IMG/VR virus record: IMGVR_UViG_3300029305_011675
Length of the DNA: 40,168 bases
Source of the DNA: a virus
Lineage: Duplodnaviria > Heunggongvirae > Uroviricota > Caudoviricetes
Direction: 5' to 3' (one strand)
The position numbers and the translations under genes are program-made. The stretch's first letter is position 1; the number at the start of each line of letters is the position of its first letter. Shown piece by piece: positions 1-9,407 of this stretch. The notes under the pieces are model-generated. The model had not been told where the DNA came from, made no database searches, and saw nothing but the letters and a program-made list of their open reading frames with translations.

Positions 1-116
1 AAAAGACATATGTCTTTTTTCATTTATTAACATAAATGAAAAACACTCTTGTTCTTGACAAAATGCTCTTTTGTTTTTCAATAAAACAATTTTATGTCAC
101 GAAAGGAGTATTATAA

Positions 117-1100
117 ATGGCAAAACATGATAATTTAAACAAAGCAAAAGACGCTAAAAATGATGAATTCTATACTCGTCTTGAAGATATAGAAGCAGAA
201 ATTTCTCAACATAAAGATTATGTAAAACAATTTGAAGGAAAAACAGTCCTTTGTAATTGTGATGACCCAGAATGGTCAAATTTTTTTCAATTCTTTAAGT
301 TGCACTTCAAACAGTTAAAACTTAAAAAACTCATTACAACACATTTTAATAAAGATGGTTCTCCTTCATATAAGTTGGAGTGGGCAGGAGAAATGTTGAA
401 TGATGACATGGTAAATCTTGTTAAGACTCCTCTTTTAGGAAACGGAGATTTCAGGAGTGATGAATGTGTTAGTATTTTGAAAGAAGCAGACATAGTTGTT
501 ACAAATCCGCCGTTTTCAATCGCTCGTGAAAGTTTTATTCCGCTACTAATCGAACATAATAAAAAATTCATCATTATCGGCGATTTGAATTGGATTACAT
601 ACAAAACAGTGTTTCCCTTATTTAAGAGCAATAAGATGTTTTTCGGATACACAAATGTAAAGGAATTTATAACACCAGATGGCACTACTAAAAAGTTCGG
701 CAACAAAACATGGTTTACAAATATGGATTTAGATAAGCATCACGAACCTTTAATTTTAACTAAAAACCATAAAGGCAATGAAAGTAGATATCCGAAATAT
801 GAAAATTATGACGCTATAAATATCAATAAAGTTTCGGAAATTCCAAAAGATTATTTTGGAAAGATGGGTGTTCCTATTACATTTCTTAATTCATTCTGCC
901 CAGAGCAATTTGATATTGTTGAATTGAGCAGATATCTAAAAGATAGTAGCGGAATGTCCAAAGATTTTGTAGATACATATTATGCACAGGGGAATACTGG
1001 ACAAATTACGGAGGGTCATCCAGATTTGTGCTATTATGATGGCAATAAGGCAATTGTTCCATATATGAGAATTATAATTAAAAGAAAGGAGACCAAATAA
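117..1100 (+). CDS. Adenine-specific DNA methyltransferase, M.EcoRI-like family
   Basis: 327 aa ORF, GGAG RBS. Family-typical N-terminus (AKDAKNDEFYT), LCNCDDP, GNGDFRS and catalytic TNPPFS. Confidence 0.85.
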   Translation: MAKHDNLNKAKDAKNDEFYTRLEDIEAEISQHKDYVKQFEGKTVLCNCDDPEWSNFFQFFKLHFKQLKLKKLITTHFNKDGSPSYKLEWAGEMLNDDMVNLVKTPLLGNGDFRSDECVSILKEADIVVTNPPFSIARESFIPLLIEHNKKFIIIGDLNWITYKTVFPLFKSNKMFFGYTNVKEFITPDGTTKKFGNKTWFTNMDLDKHHEPLILTKNHKGNESRYPKYENYDAININKVSEIPKDYFGKMGVPITFLNSFCPEQFDIVELSRYLKDSSGMSKDFVDTYYAQGNTGQITEGHPDLCYYDGNKAIVPYMRIIIKRKETK

Positions 1101-2384
1101 ATGATAGTCAAAACATATGAAGAACTATTTGGTAAAAAACTTACCATTCGTGATTTAATTAACGGATTTAACGAAAATACAAAAACTGGTGAAGTAACTG
1201 CATTTGGTGGTAATCTCAATGTAAGACCACCCTATCAAAGAGAATTTGTTTACGAAATCCCAAAGCAAATTGCTGTTATCGATACAATATTAAAGGGTTA
1301 TCCACTTAATGTTATGTATTGGGCAAAATCTGATGATGGCAAATATGAACTTATGGATGGTCAGCAAAGAACCTTATCTATTTGTAAGTTTGCAGAGGAC
1401 CAATATTCCGTTTCTCTCTCCATCGGCGGAAAAGAAGTTGCGAAAACATTCAGCAATCTTGGCAGCAAGACAGACGATTTTCTCGATTATCCTGTTACAA
1501 TTTATATTTGTGACGGCGATGAAGATGAAAAACTTGCTTGGTTTCAAATTATCAACATTTCAGGAATTAAACTTACTGACCAAGAAATGCGAAATGCCAT
1601 TTATAACGGAACTTGGGTAACTGATGCAAAGAGATATTTTTCTCGTATTGATGGAGAAGGTTATCTTTCAGAAGGTCATGTTTCTAACGGTCATACATAC
1701 GGTGATTATCTTAATGTCGTTGGTGGTAATAAATCTGAAAAAGAAAATGCTGTTGTTCGTCAAAAATTATTAGAGATTGTTCTTGAATGGGCAGTTGATG
1801 CATATAATAAAGAATTTGGTCGCAAAGAAACTATTGATAGTTATATGGATGCACATCGCAAAGACCCCAATGCCCGTGAATTATGGAGATATTATGAAGA
1901 TGTTATGGAGTGGGTAAAAGAAACATTCCCAACATATCGCAAACATATGATTGGTGTGGACTGGGGTATTCTGTATAACAAATATCACAACAATACACCT
2001 AAAAATGCTGATGATATGGCAAATGCTATTTTTGAAAATGCTTCTGATGAAATAAGCAACCCCAAAGGTGTATATGAAGCAGTATTGAGTAAAAATATTA
2101 AGTTTATTCACTCTCGCGCATTCGACAAAAAAGATATATCTTGGGCTTATAAGAAGCAAGGTGGAGAATGCCCATATTGTCACAGACATTTTGAAGAATC
2201 TGAAATGCACGGAGACCACATTAAACCTTGGTCAAAAGGTGGAGCAACAGAAAGAGAAAATCTACAGATGCTCTGCACAGAATGTAACATTAAGAAGTCT
2301 GCCTACGATACACAGTTTAACCCTTGGGACGGAAAAGATTACACTCCATTTGATATTGAAAAGTGGGATAATCAAGATGAATAA
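1101..2384 (+). CDS. DUF262 (GmrSD-like) plus C-terminal HNH endonuclease
   Basis: PPYQREFVY, DGQQR and FQIIN motifs of DUF262; C-terminal CPYC...DHIKPWSKGG...NLQMLCTECN HNH. ATG directly follows the upstream TAA. Confidence 0.85.
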   Translation: MIVKTYEELFGKKLTIRDLINGFNENTKTGEVTAFGGNLNVRPPYQREFVYEIPKQIAVIDTILKGYPLNVMYWAKSDDGKYELMDGQQRTLSICKFAEDQYSVSLSIGGKEVAKTFSNLGSKTDDFLDYPVTIYICDGDEDEKLAWFQIINISGIKLTDQEMRNAIYNGTWVTDAKRYFSRIDGEGYLSEGHVSNGHTYGDYLNVVGGNKSEKENAVVRQKLLEIVLEWAVDAYNKEFGRKETIDSYMDAHRKDPNARELWRYYEDVMEWVKETFPTYRKHMIGVDWGILYNKYHNNTPKNADDMANAIFENASDEISNPKGVYEAVLSKNIKFIHSRAFDKKDISWAYKKQGGECPYCHRHFEESEMHGDHIKPWSKGGATERENLQMLCTECNIKKSAYDTQFNPWDGKDYTPFDIEKWDNQDE

Positions 2385-2446
2385 TGTTGTATTCATCTTT
2401 CCAATCCTTACTGCATCGTGGTATGATATATCGGGAGGTAAACAAA

Positions 2447-2638
2447 ATGGCAAGGCAGAAGAAAAACTATAAAGCACTTAATTGTAAGGTTGAGATTACA
2501 ATTTGGCAAAATCTTGATGAACATTGTAAAAATACAGGTTCGAATAAAACATTCGTTGTAGAAAAAGCAATTCAACAATATCTTCGCTCTTATGAGGAAC
2601 AACAAAATATTCTCAATCAACTTAATAAAAAGAAATAA
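2447..2638 (+). CDS. Small ribbon-helix-helix-like DNA-binding protein
   Basis: GGAGGT RBS before ATG 2447. 63 aa with beta-strand/helix/helix pattern (ALNCKVEITIWQNLDEHC...KTFVVEKAIQQYL). Confidence 0.55.
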   Translation: MARQKKNYKALNCKVEITIWQNLDEHCKNTGSNKTFVVEKAIQQYLRSYEEQQNILNQLNKKK

Positions 2639-2670
2639 AGTGGTATGATTTCTCATACCACTTTTTATTT
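2634..2670. terminator. Bidirectional hairpin terminator
   Basis: aaagtggtatga / tcataccacttt inverted repeat with A/T tails between convergent genes. Confidence 0.75.
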
Positions 2671-4095
2671 TGTCTCGATGCCGAATTCCTTAACGAATTT
2701 AGCACTTACATTACGATATCCACCTGCCATATTCTTCCCAACAAGAAATAGATATTTGTGAAATTCTTTACTTAATAAAATCTGCTTTACCCTATTGTAA
2801 TTCTTTTCCTCTTTGACGACAATGTAGATACCAGAGTAAACAAGAGTTTTTGTATCAAGTTCTTTAATTTCGCAAGATGCATCTTCGTTGGAAAGAATAT
2901 GTTTCAAAGCAAACTTCTTGTTATTAGAATTTTGAATGCCTTGACTGCGAGCATACTGATACCACAAGCAATCCTTTTCCATATCACGCTTACTCAAAAC
3001 AGTGCGGTTATCAGAGAGATATTGATATGTTTTTGGGTATTTTTCTCTCATATCTTTTTCACTTATAACCACATAACGACCCATTTCTTCGTCCCACTCA
3101 TAAGGGAAGATGATTTTGTTATCAACATTTAATGTAGAGGCCTTTGCAACTGGTCGCAGAATGTCGCTCTCAAAATTACCAACATCATCTTTATTGACTA
3201 CATAGACTTTATCAGCATTCGTTGCAAGTCCATGTTGAATGTCACACAGGTCTTTCAACTTGGTTTTCCTTTTGGCGATTTTCTCCAAGAATTTTGCATC
3301 AGATGAACTTGTAAAGACCCAAGGTTTCTTCCCAAAAGATTTCAGGTCAACATTGGACTGATATTCCTCTTCTGTTTCTGATTTCATCATGATATATTTG
3401 GTGGTTTTGTTTTCTCTATCAAAATCGAGTAAGATAATTGCTGTGTATGTTGCAATGGAATCGAACACTTTGACATTGCAGTAATCAACGATTGTATCAA
3501 CCAAATTGTTGTCAGAAAGATATTTTCTAAACAATGTCTGTGAACTGTTTTTGAAATATGAGTTAGGTGTAATAAAGCATAACTTACCATCATGTTTCAT
3601 TGCCTTCAAACAATATTCAAAGAAAACAACATATAAGTCTGTATTACCAACTCCGAATTGATAATTCGTTTCAATTTCATTTCTGGTAGACAAATCCATA
3701 TGCATCGCTCTCTGATAGGGTGGGTTAGCAACAGTTAGGTCAAACTTGACAGGAGGAACATAATGAAGCGTATTACCACAAACGATATTGTTCCATTCGT
3801 ATTTGATACCATATTCAGACAGAATATTGTTCAACTTCTGAATGGTTATATCATAATACTTTTTATCAATCTCAACAGCATACACATTGTTAAGAATACC
3901 TATCGTTTCTTTGTGAGTAAGTTTATTCTCATTAGAATATGTAAGAATTCTTTTAACAATTGCTGTGAGAAAAGCACCATCTCCGAAAGATGGTTCAAAG
4001 ATAGTTTTGTTTTTAATGTTATCGTCTTTGTAGTTAAGTTTATCTAACATCAAATCAACTATATAGGTAGGTGTAAATACTTGACAGTTATTCAT
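2665..4095 (-). CDS. N6-adenine DNA methyltransferase (TaqI/Eco57I-like, with C-terminal target-recognition region)
   Basis: QVFTP, motif I FEPSFGDGAF, motif IV ANPPY, DLYVVFFE, FITPNS. GGAGGT RBS supports ATG at 4095. Confidence 0.85.
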   Translation of the reverse strand: MNNCQVFTPTYIVDLMLDKLNYKDDNIKNKTIFEPSFGDGAFLTAIVKRILTYSNENKLTHKETIGILNNVYAVEIDKKYYDITIQKLNNILSEYGIKYEWNNIVCGNTLHYVPPVKFDLTVANPPYQRAMHMDLSTRNEIETNYQFGVGNTDLYVVFFEYCLKAMKHDGKLCFITPNSYFKNSSQTLFRKYLSDNNLVDTIVDYCNVKVFDSIATYTAIILLDFDRENKTTKYIMMKSETEEEYQSNVDLKSFGKKPWVFTSSSDAKFLEKIAKRKTKLKDLCDIQHGLATNADKVYVVNKDDVGNFESDILRPVAKASTLNVDNKIIFPYEWDEEMGRYVVISEKDMREKYPKTYQYLSDNRTVLSKRDMEKDCLWYQYARSQGIQNSNNKKFALKHILSNEDASCEIKELDTKTLVYSGIYIVVKEEKNYNRVKQILLSKEFHKYLFLVGKNMAGGYRNVSAKFVKEFGIETK

Positions 4096-4597
4096 AAACA
4101 ATAACACCTCCGTTAACGCAATGAGCGTGTAAATGTTTATAAGGATTATTACTAATATAACTATCTTTCTTACACAGCAAGAGATTTATTGATAAAGGCG
4201 GATTACCACAAACTATGTCAAACTCGCCCATATATTTTTCATAAACATCAAATGTATCAGCATTTACCAAGTATGGGAAACTACCATCATAAGAAATACC
4301 GTATTGAAAAAGCACTCTACGAATATTGTCTATTGCCATTCCGTAATATTTACTGTCTTTTTCAACACCATGAACATTGCCCGTAACAATATCCATTGTT
4401 TTAACAATGCTATAATCATTATTCTTACAATATTCCACTATCCTGCGAATGATTTCAGAAAGGAAAGCACCATCGCCAAAAGATGGTTCCATAATCTTCA
4501 TTTTTACGACATTATCATCACAAAACCCTACCATATCCAATATATTATTGACAATATGTTTCGGTGTAAATATTTGCCCCATAGTTTTGGTTTTCAA
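4088..4597 (-). pseudogene. Truncated N6-adenine methyltransferase paralog (N-terminal half only)
   Basis: TTG start after AAGGAGAG. GQIFTP, MEPSFGDGAF, then GNPP followed by L rather than Y/F and about 35 unrelated residues to the stop. Confidence 0.7.
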
Positions 4598-4628
4598 CGA
4601 TATCTCTCCTTTCTTTTGTAATGATATA

Positions 4629-4657
4629 ATTATATCACAAATCAATTAGAAAGTCAA
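4629..4657 (-). promoter_or_regulatory. sigmaA promoter TTGACT-17-TATAAT with extended TG
   Basis: Minus strand ttgact ttctaattgatttgtga tataat. Confidence 0.75.
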
Positions 4658-4800
4658 TCTGAAGAAAAATATTTTTTATCAACTCCCTATTTTTTTACTT
4701 GAATTTCGCAACGAAACACAATACAATATAATTGTGATTGAACATCGCACATCTCCTTTGGCTCTTTTGCCATGTTAATGACCAGACTCCTATATATCAG

Positions 4801-4832
4801 AAAAAAGCACCGATTTGCCATCGGTGCTTTTT
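4801..4832. terminator. Hairpin terminator
   Basis: aaaaagcaccga / tcggtgcttttt. Confidence 0.75.
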
Positions 4833-4837
4833 CGTTT

Positions 4838-5404
4838 TTAATACCACTCGTGATAAAACAAAGTGCCATTTTCGTGCGAAACAAGTGCATTACACTGTTC
4901 CCTGTCTTCACGACAAATCATTGCCACCTGTTTCATAGACAACTGATAGTATCCACAGTTTTCAACCAAAATATTGTGGTCATCTTCAAAACTTTTATAA
5001 ATCTTGCTCTGAAGTTCATATGCCTTCCGCCAATATGCAACTTCCGTCAGTTTAAGACCCCAAATAGGTCTTTCGACTTCAATCTTATATTTCTCATCAA
5101 GTGTCTTGGCATCAATCTGAACTTCTTTTTTGCCATCACGGAAAATCGTGTATTGACCAGTGCAAACCGAAGAATGGAAACCTTCGCCCATATTATGGTC
5201 TTTGCGAATTCTGTCATAATCCAATTCTTCATAAATCACATTAAAAGGAACTGCAAACTCCTTTAATGCGACAGTATCATCTTGACCGAAATATTCTTCT
5301 TCTATCAAGGTATAGCCAAGGTCTTTAATGTCTTCAAAACGATGCACGACATTAGGGTCGATAGCAGGTGCTTCTGCCTTAAAAACATACATATCTAATC
5401 CCAT
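4838..5404 (-). CDS. Hypothetical protein (MGLDMY N-terminus, phage-type)
   Basis: About 188 aa ORF with GGAGG RBS, its own promoter and terminator; YWRKA motif. Confidence 0.7.
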   Translation of the reverse strand: MGLDMYVFKAEAPAIDPNVVHRFEDIKDLGYTLIEEEYFGQDDTVALKEFAVPFNVIYEELDYDRIRKDHNMGEGFHSSVCTGQYTIFRDGKKEVQIDAKTLDEKYKIEVERPIWGLKLTEVAYWRKAYELQSKIYKSFEDDHNILVENCGYYQLSMKQVAMICREDREQCNALVSHENGTLFYHEWY

Positions 5405-5450
5405 AAAATTCATCCTCCATTAAGTGTTTTTCTTTATCTTTTGTATATTT

Positions 5451-5479
5451 ATTATACCACAAAACATCATCAAAGTCAA
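5451..5479 (-). promoter_or_regulatory. sigmaA promoter TTGACT-17-TATAAT
   Basis: Minus strand ttgact ttgatgatgttttgtgg tataat. Confidence 0.75.
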
Positions 5480-5515
5480 CTACTTTTTATCAAAATGATG
5501 AAAAGTTTTTTCAAC

Positions 5516-5546
5516 AAAAAAAGAGACGATTACTCGTCTCTTTCTT
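5516..5546. terminator. Hairpin terminator
   Basis: aagagacga / tcgtctctt. Confidence 0.7.
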
Positions 5547-5547
5547 A

Positions 5548-6198
5548 TTATTCGTATCTAATTTCAGTTGTTATTTTTCCTTTTTCAACTATACACATTT
5601 GATAGTTTACAAAACCAGCATCAACAACTACAAATTGCTCCTTGTATCTGTCATATTGCTCTTGTGTAAGATAATAAAAGTAAATATTGCAGTCTATCTT
5701 ATTTTGCGTAAGTTTTGTTTTATAACCAGCAATTTGATTTTCAATATCTTCGTTTTCTAAAATACCAACTGCAATATTGAAATAATTATAATCTATTGCT
5801 TCTTCGATTGTCGGCAGAACATTGAGTTCGCCCAAATTCATAATATTGACTAAAACATCTTCTCCAAAGAAATTCTTAAAATATTCAAAAATCTGAAAAT
5901 TCATATTGAGAGAAGAATAGTTATCGGTTATTGCATAACCTTCTCCAGAAGTATTAGATGTAACGATAAGAGTGAATGACGGATATTTTGGAGAAGTATA
6001 ATAAAATCTCTTTTCCGTTTCGCTAACAACTTCTTCATTTCTGAAAACGAAACTATCATCCAGATTCTCTACATATTTATCTACATATGCTTTATTCTGG
6101 GCAACAGTATCGAGCATTTTATTTTTAGCAACAACACCCAAAACTATTGCACCAATCATAAAAACAATGAGTGTAATAAAAATCGCTTTATTTTTCAC
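5548..6198 (-). CDS. Hypothetical membrane-anchored or secreted protein
   Basis: GTG start. N-terminal basic residues then a hydrophobic helix (AIFITLIVFMIGAIVLGVVA). Confidence 0.7.
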   Translation of the reverse strand: MKNKAIFITLIVFMIGAIVLGVVAKNKMLDTVAQNKAYVDKYVENLDDSFVFRNEEVVSETEKRFYYTSPKYPSFTLIVTSNTSGEGYAITDNYSSLNMNFQIFEYFKNFFGEDVLVNIMNLGELNVLPTIEEAIDYNYFNIAVGILENEDIENQIAGYKTKLTQNKIDCNIYFYYLTQEQYDRYKEQFVVVDAGFVNYQMCIVEKGKITTEIRYE

Positions 6199-6204
6199 AA
6201 CATA

Positions 6205-6813
6205 TCACCATCCATAGAAAATTAAATAATGCTTATCCCAGTCAAAAGACTTATAAAAGCGAACCAGTTCAAAAACCGCATATTCATATCTCCAAGAACT
6301 TACGATTTCATCGGTTCCGAGGTTCAAACTGTAAGGAAGTTGCATTTCATTGAGTTTATTTCGCCTTTCTTCCGACATAGAAGAACAGTCGATGTAATCG
6401 CTAAACATTCCCCATTCACGAATTTTTTCATCAAAATGAAGTTTTGCACGATTTTCATCATTTCTCATTTCAATCATATAATCGTAAATAAGTTTTCTCA
6501 TGCCATCAATTGCAGCGAGGAAAGTCGTTCTATCACAAAGACGGAAATGACACTCTTTGAATGCTTCTTCGGTATCTTCTTTTTCAAACAAAACAACAGA
6601 TGTTTTTTCAATTTCGTCATAAAAAGAGCAACCGCCAAAATCAAAAAACTCTTTCTGTCCAAATAATGCCCAGCAATCAAAATACTGTTCTTCTTCATCA
6701 TAGATACTTGGGTTGGTTTCCTTAATATAATTCAAGAGTTCATCGTAAGACATACCTTTCATCTTATCGACTTTTTCTTTATCAGCATAAGCAAATCTAT
6801 ATCTGTAAGACAT
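6205..6813 (-). CDS. Hypothetical protein
   Basis: AGGAG RBS before ATG 6813 (MSYRYRF); 202 aa; ends in YLIFYGW. Confidence 0.7.
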   Translation of the reverse strand: MSYRYRFAYADKEKVDKMKGMSYDELLNYIKETNPSIYDEEEQYFDCWALFGQKEFFDFGGCSFYDEIEKTSVVLFEKEDTEEAFKECHFRLCDRTTFLAAIDGMRKLIYDYMIEMRNDENRAKLHFDEKIREWGMFSDYIDCSSMSEERRNKLNEMQLPYSLNLGTDEIVSSWRYEYAVFELVRFYKSFDWDKHYLIFYGW

Positions 6814-6842
6814 AATCATTCTCCTTTTTTCTTTATACAATT

Positions 6843-6871
6843 ATTATATCACAAAACAAGTCTAATGTCAA
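6843..6871 (-). promoter_or_regulatory. sigmaA promoter TTGACA-17-TATAAT
   Basis: Minus strand ttgaca ttagacttgttttgtga tataat. Confidence 0.8.
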
Positions 6872-6880
6872 CCAAAATAC

Positions 6881-6910
6881 AAAAAATCGGCATTTTGAAT
6901 GCCGATTTTC
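6881..6910. terminator. Hairpin terminator
   Basis: aaaatcggcatt / aatgccgatttt. Confidence 0.75.
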
Positions 6911-6916
6911 TTAATA

Positions 6917-7630
6917 TTATTCTGGGTAACGTTGGTCTTTAATTTTTCTGCTTTCAATGACAAAATCACGATATTCTTCGTAATCCTTAAATTTCACATA
7001 TTTGCCATTATAAACATCGAAACAGTTTTCTCCACGAGCCATTTCGTATTCGTTAGCAGATACAACAATGTAAACCTTTGTGTCGCCCTTATCAGCGAAG
7101 ATAGTCTTAAACAGATATTCTTTGATGTCAACGATGTTATCGACACTCAAACCGCTATCAACGGCGTCAAGAAGCAACCATCTTTCATTTGGTACTTCTT
7201 TTTCATCTTCTTCGCCTTCGCCCCACATTGCTTTTGCGAATGCTCTTGCAAGGGCATCACTATTGCCTTTTACTTCGCCATTCTTGATAAATCCACGAAG
7301 ATTAGAGGCAAGTTTTCCAATGTTCATAACGATGTTTTCGCCTTCAGAAGATGCCATAGCAGTTGCCATAAAACCAAAATCTCCATAAAATCCAGCAGAG
7401 GACACCGCATGTCCACCACCCTCTTTGAGATTATCAAAAGAAAGAACGGGAATGTCTTCCTTTTTACACTGGTCTTTAATCTGTCGAAGAAGAGTTGTTT
7501 TGCCGATTCCGTTGCAACCAACTAAAACAGTCAAACCTTCTTTAATGGTAATAGTTTTCTTTTTATAGAGGTCATAATCCTCTCCATAATATCTTTTATG
7601 CAATGTAAATTTTCTACTCATTCGCATCAC
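6917..7630 (-). CDS. Stand-alone ABC-class P-loop ATPase
   Basis: Walker A GCNGIGKT, signature-like SSEGE, Walker B/D-loop LLLDAVDSGLS. No transmembrane partner adjacent. Confidence 0.75.
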   Translation of the reverse strand: MMRMSRKFTLHKRYYGEDYDLYKKKTITIKEGLTVLVGCNGIGKTTLLRQIKDQCKKEDIPVLSFDNLKEGGGHAVSSAGFYGDFGFMATAMASSEGENIVMNIGKLASNLRGFIKNGEVKGNSDALARAFAKAMWGEGEEDEKEVPNERWLLLDAVDSGLSVDNIVDIKEYLFKTIFADKGDTKVYIVVSANEYEMARGENCFDVYNGKYVKFKDYEEYRDFVIESRKIKDQRYPE

Positions 7631-7653
7631 TCCGTTATCCGTATTTTTTTATT

Positions 7654-7682
7654 ATTATATCACAAAACACCATGCGTGTCAA
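7654..7682 (-). promoter_or_regulatory. sigmaA promoter TTGACA-17-TATAAT
   Basis: Minus strand ttgaca cgcatggtgttttgtga tataat. Confidence 0.8.
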
Positions 7683-7694
7683 CCCTATTTATAC

Positions 7695-7723
7695 AAAAAA
7701 CAACCCGCAAAATGCGGGTTGTT
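7695..7723. terminator. Hairpin terminator
   Basis: aacaacccgca / tgcgggttgtt. Confidence 0.75.
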
Positions 7724-7728
7724 CTACA

Positions 7729-8664
7729 TTATCTTAACTTTGTGCGAACCACTTTGCCGATGCCATACTCATAAAACATACTATAAAAATCTCCGTCATA
7801 TGTGCACTCAAATAATTCGCCGTAAATATCATCATTTTCTTCTGAAGGATTTCTATCGCCAAAACGATATATAAAACCATTCTCCGAAATAATAGGAATA
7901 CAAATGTTTCGTGCTCGTTTTAGTTGTCCATCATCCATAGAAATATCGTTACAAATTACATAATCTGTATCGTCCTCAATTTCGCCTTGAAGTACAGCAC
8001 CTTTTTCTTCAATTAGACGAACAAGTTCATCATAATCATCGAAATCATCTTTTTCTCCAACAATAAGAACTTTAAGACCATTTGCTTCTTCGACATCTTC
8101 ATCAGTATCGTATTCGTCCATCGAAATCGACAACATATAACCATTCTTGGCAGTTACATCTTGAAGATGAATAACTTCGCCCTCGAAACCAGTATTGAGT
8201 TCGATATTAGCATCTTCAATGGATGCATCCATTTCATCAAAACAAGACAATTCATTTTCTAATGTTTCTCTATCCCAATGTTCAACATCGTCCATATCGA
8301 ACTTAATAACGCCTTTCTCAACAAGTAACTTCAAAAATGCAATTACGAAATCAGAGTATTCATCAAGTTCTTTTGCAGGATATACAGATTCAACTTCACA
8401 CAGAATAGTTTCCACAATCCAACTGGAAATAGATGATGCCTCGTCTGGTGTTGCAATCCAATCAGCAATGTCGTCATCATACAAATTCATCTTTTCTCCT
8501 GTTGGTAAAACAATTTCCATACCATCGTTAAATTCTCCATCGTCAGAATTTTCAATTTTCACTCCCAACGATATTAGAAAATTGTACAGTTCTGGATTTT
8601 TAACATTAAATACGAGAAAACTCGAACTGGAACTATTCGTAACAAAACCGCTTCTAAACTTCAT
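7729..8664 (-). CDS. Acidic protein with N-terminal GFVTNSSSSSF motif and C-terminal BRCT domain
   Basis: Begins MKFRSGFVTNSSSSSF. C-terminal LKVLIVGE...ELVRLIEEKGA...TDYVICND...ARNICIPIISE resembles the NAD-ligase-type BRCT domain. Confidence 0.7.
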   Translation of the reverse strand: MKFRSGFVTNSSSSSFLVFNVKNPELYNFLISLGVKIENSDDGEFNDGMEIVLPTGEKMNLYDDDIADWIATPDEASSISSWIVETILCEVESVYPAKELDEYSDFVIAFLKLLVEKGVIKFDMDDVEHWDRETLENELSCFDEMDASIEDANIELNTGFEGEVIHLQDVTAKNGYMLSISMDEYDTDEDVEEANGLKVLIVGEKDDFDDYDELVRLIEEKGAVLQGEIEDDTDYVICNDISMDDGQLKRARNICIPIISENGFIYRFGDRNPSEENDDIYGELFECTYDGDFYSMFYEYGIGKVVRTKLR

Positions 8665-8838
8665 TTAGTTGCCCCCTTGTTGTTATATTTTGCACTATTA
8701 TATTATCACATTTTTTATAATTTTTCAATAGAAGAACCCCCTTTAAAAAAGAAAAAGTTAACCTACATTTTCGCAAAATAACAAAATCGTAGGTTAACTA
8801 TTAGTCGTATTTAGAAACGAATTTTCCTCTCTTACCTA

Positions 8839-9246
8839 TCAAACAAGATTATCTATATGTTTGAGATTATCACAATGTTGAATAGATATATCTCCCCAAA
8901 CTTTTTTAATAGGTCTTTTGCTTTTGATAGCGACAAGATTATTACAATAACCAATTCCGCACTGTGCAATTTCAACAGTATCGACAACACCACGAAATTC
9001 AATTTCTCGCAAAGCGGGACAACCATAGAAAGTTGCATTGGGAATTTTAGTAATGCCCTCTGGTAAACTTACGGTTTCAAACCACTCGTGCATAAAAGCA
9101 TGTTCGTAAATCCATTTAACAGGGAAACCATCAACAACATCAGGGATAATAAGGTCAATGATGTCTTTCTTTTTCAAACCGACAACAGTGATTTCATTAT
9201 TATCGAGTTCGTATTTAATGCCTTTTCGTGTGAATTTCTTTCCCAT
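8839..9246 (-). CDS. Small BspA-type leucine-rich repeat protein
   Basis: IIPDVVDGFPVKWI, SLPEGITKIPNATFYGCPALREI repeats. Confidence 0.7.
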   Translation of the reverse strand: MGKKFTRKGIKYELDNNEITVVGLKKKDIIDLIIPDVVDGFPVKWIYEHAFMHEWFETVSLPEGITKIPNATFYGCPALREIEFRGVVDTVEIAQCGIGYCNNLVAIKSKRPIKKVWGDISIQHCDNLKHIDNLV

Positions 9247-9281
9247 TTTAGTATCCTCTTTCTCTCGTTTTTCTTAAATAT

Positions 9282-9310
9282 ATTATACCACAAAACCACA
9301 TCAATGTCAA
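9282..9310 (-). promoter_or_regulatory. sigmaA promoter TTGACA-17-TATAAT
   Basis: Minus strand ttgaca ttgatgtggttttgtgg tataat. Confidence 0.8.
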
Positions 9311-9345
9311 CACAAAACACATTCTTATAACATAATATTTTACCG

Positions 9346-9374
9346 TTGACATAGAACTTGATATGTGGTATAAT
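9346..9374 (+). promoter_or_regulatory. sigmaA promoter TTGACA-17-TATAAT
   Basis: ttgaca tagaacttgatatgtgg tataat; divergent from the promoter at 9282-9310. Confidence 0.8.
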
Positions 9375-9407
9375 AGAGATAACGAAAAAGCGAAGGGAAG
9401 TGATTTT

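Noticed and set aside
4088-4210. Programmed frameshift or intron joining the truncated MTase to the downstream MTase
   Set aside because: Both alternative frames stop within a few codons, no intron core is visible, and the downstream gene has its own complete N-terminus and RBS.
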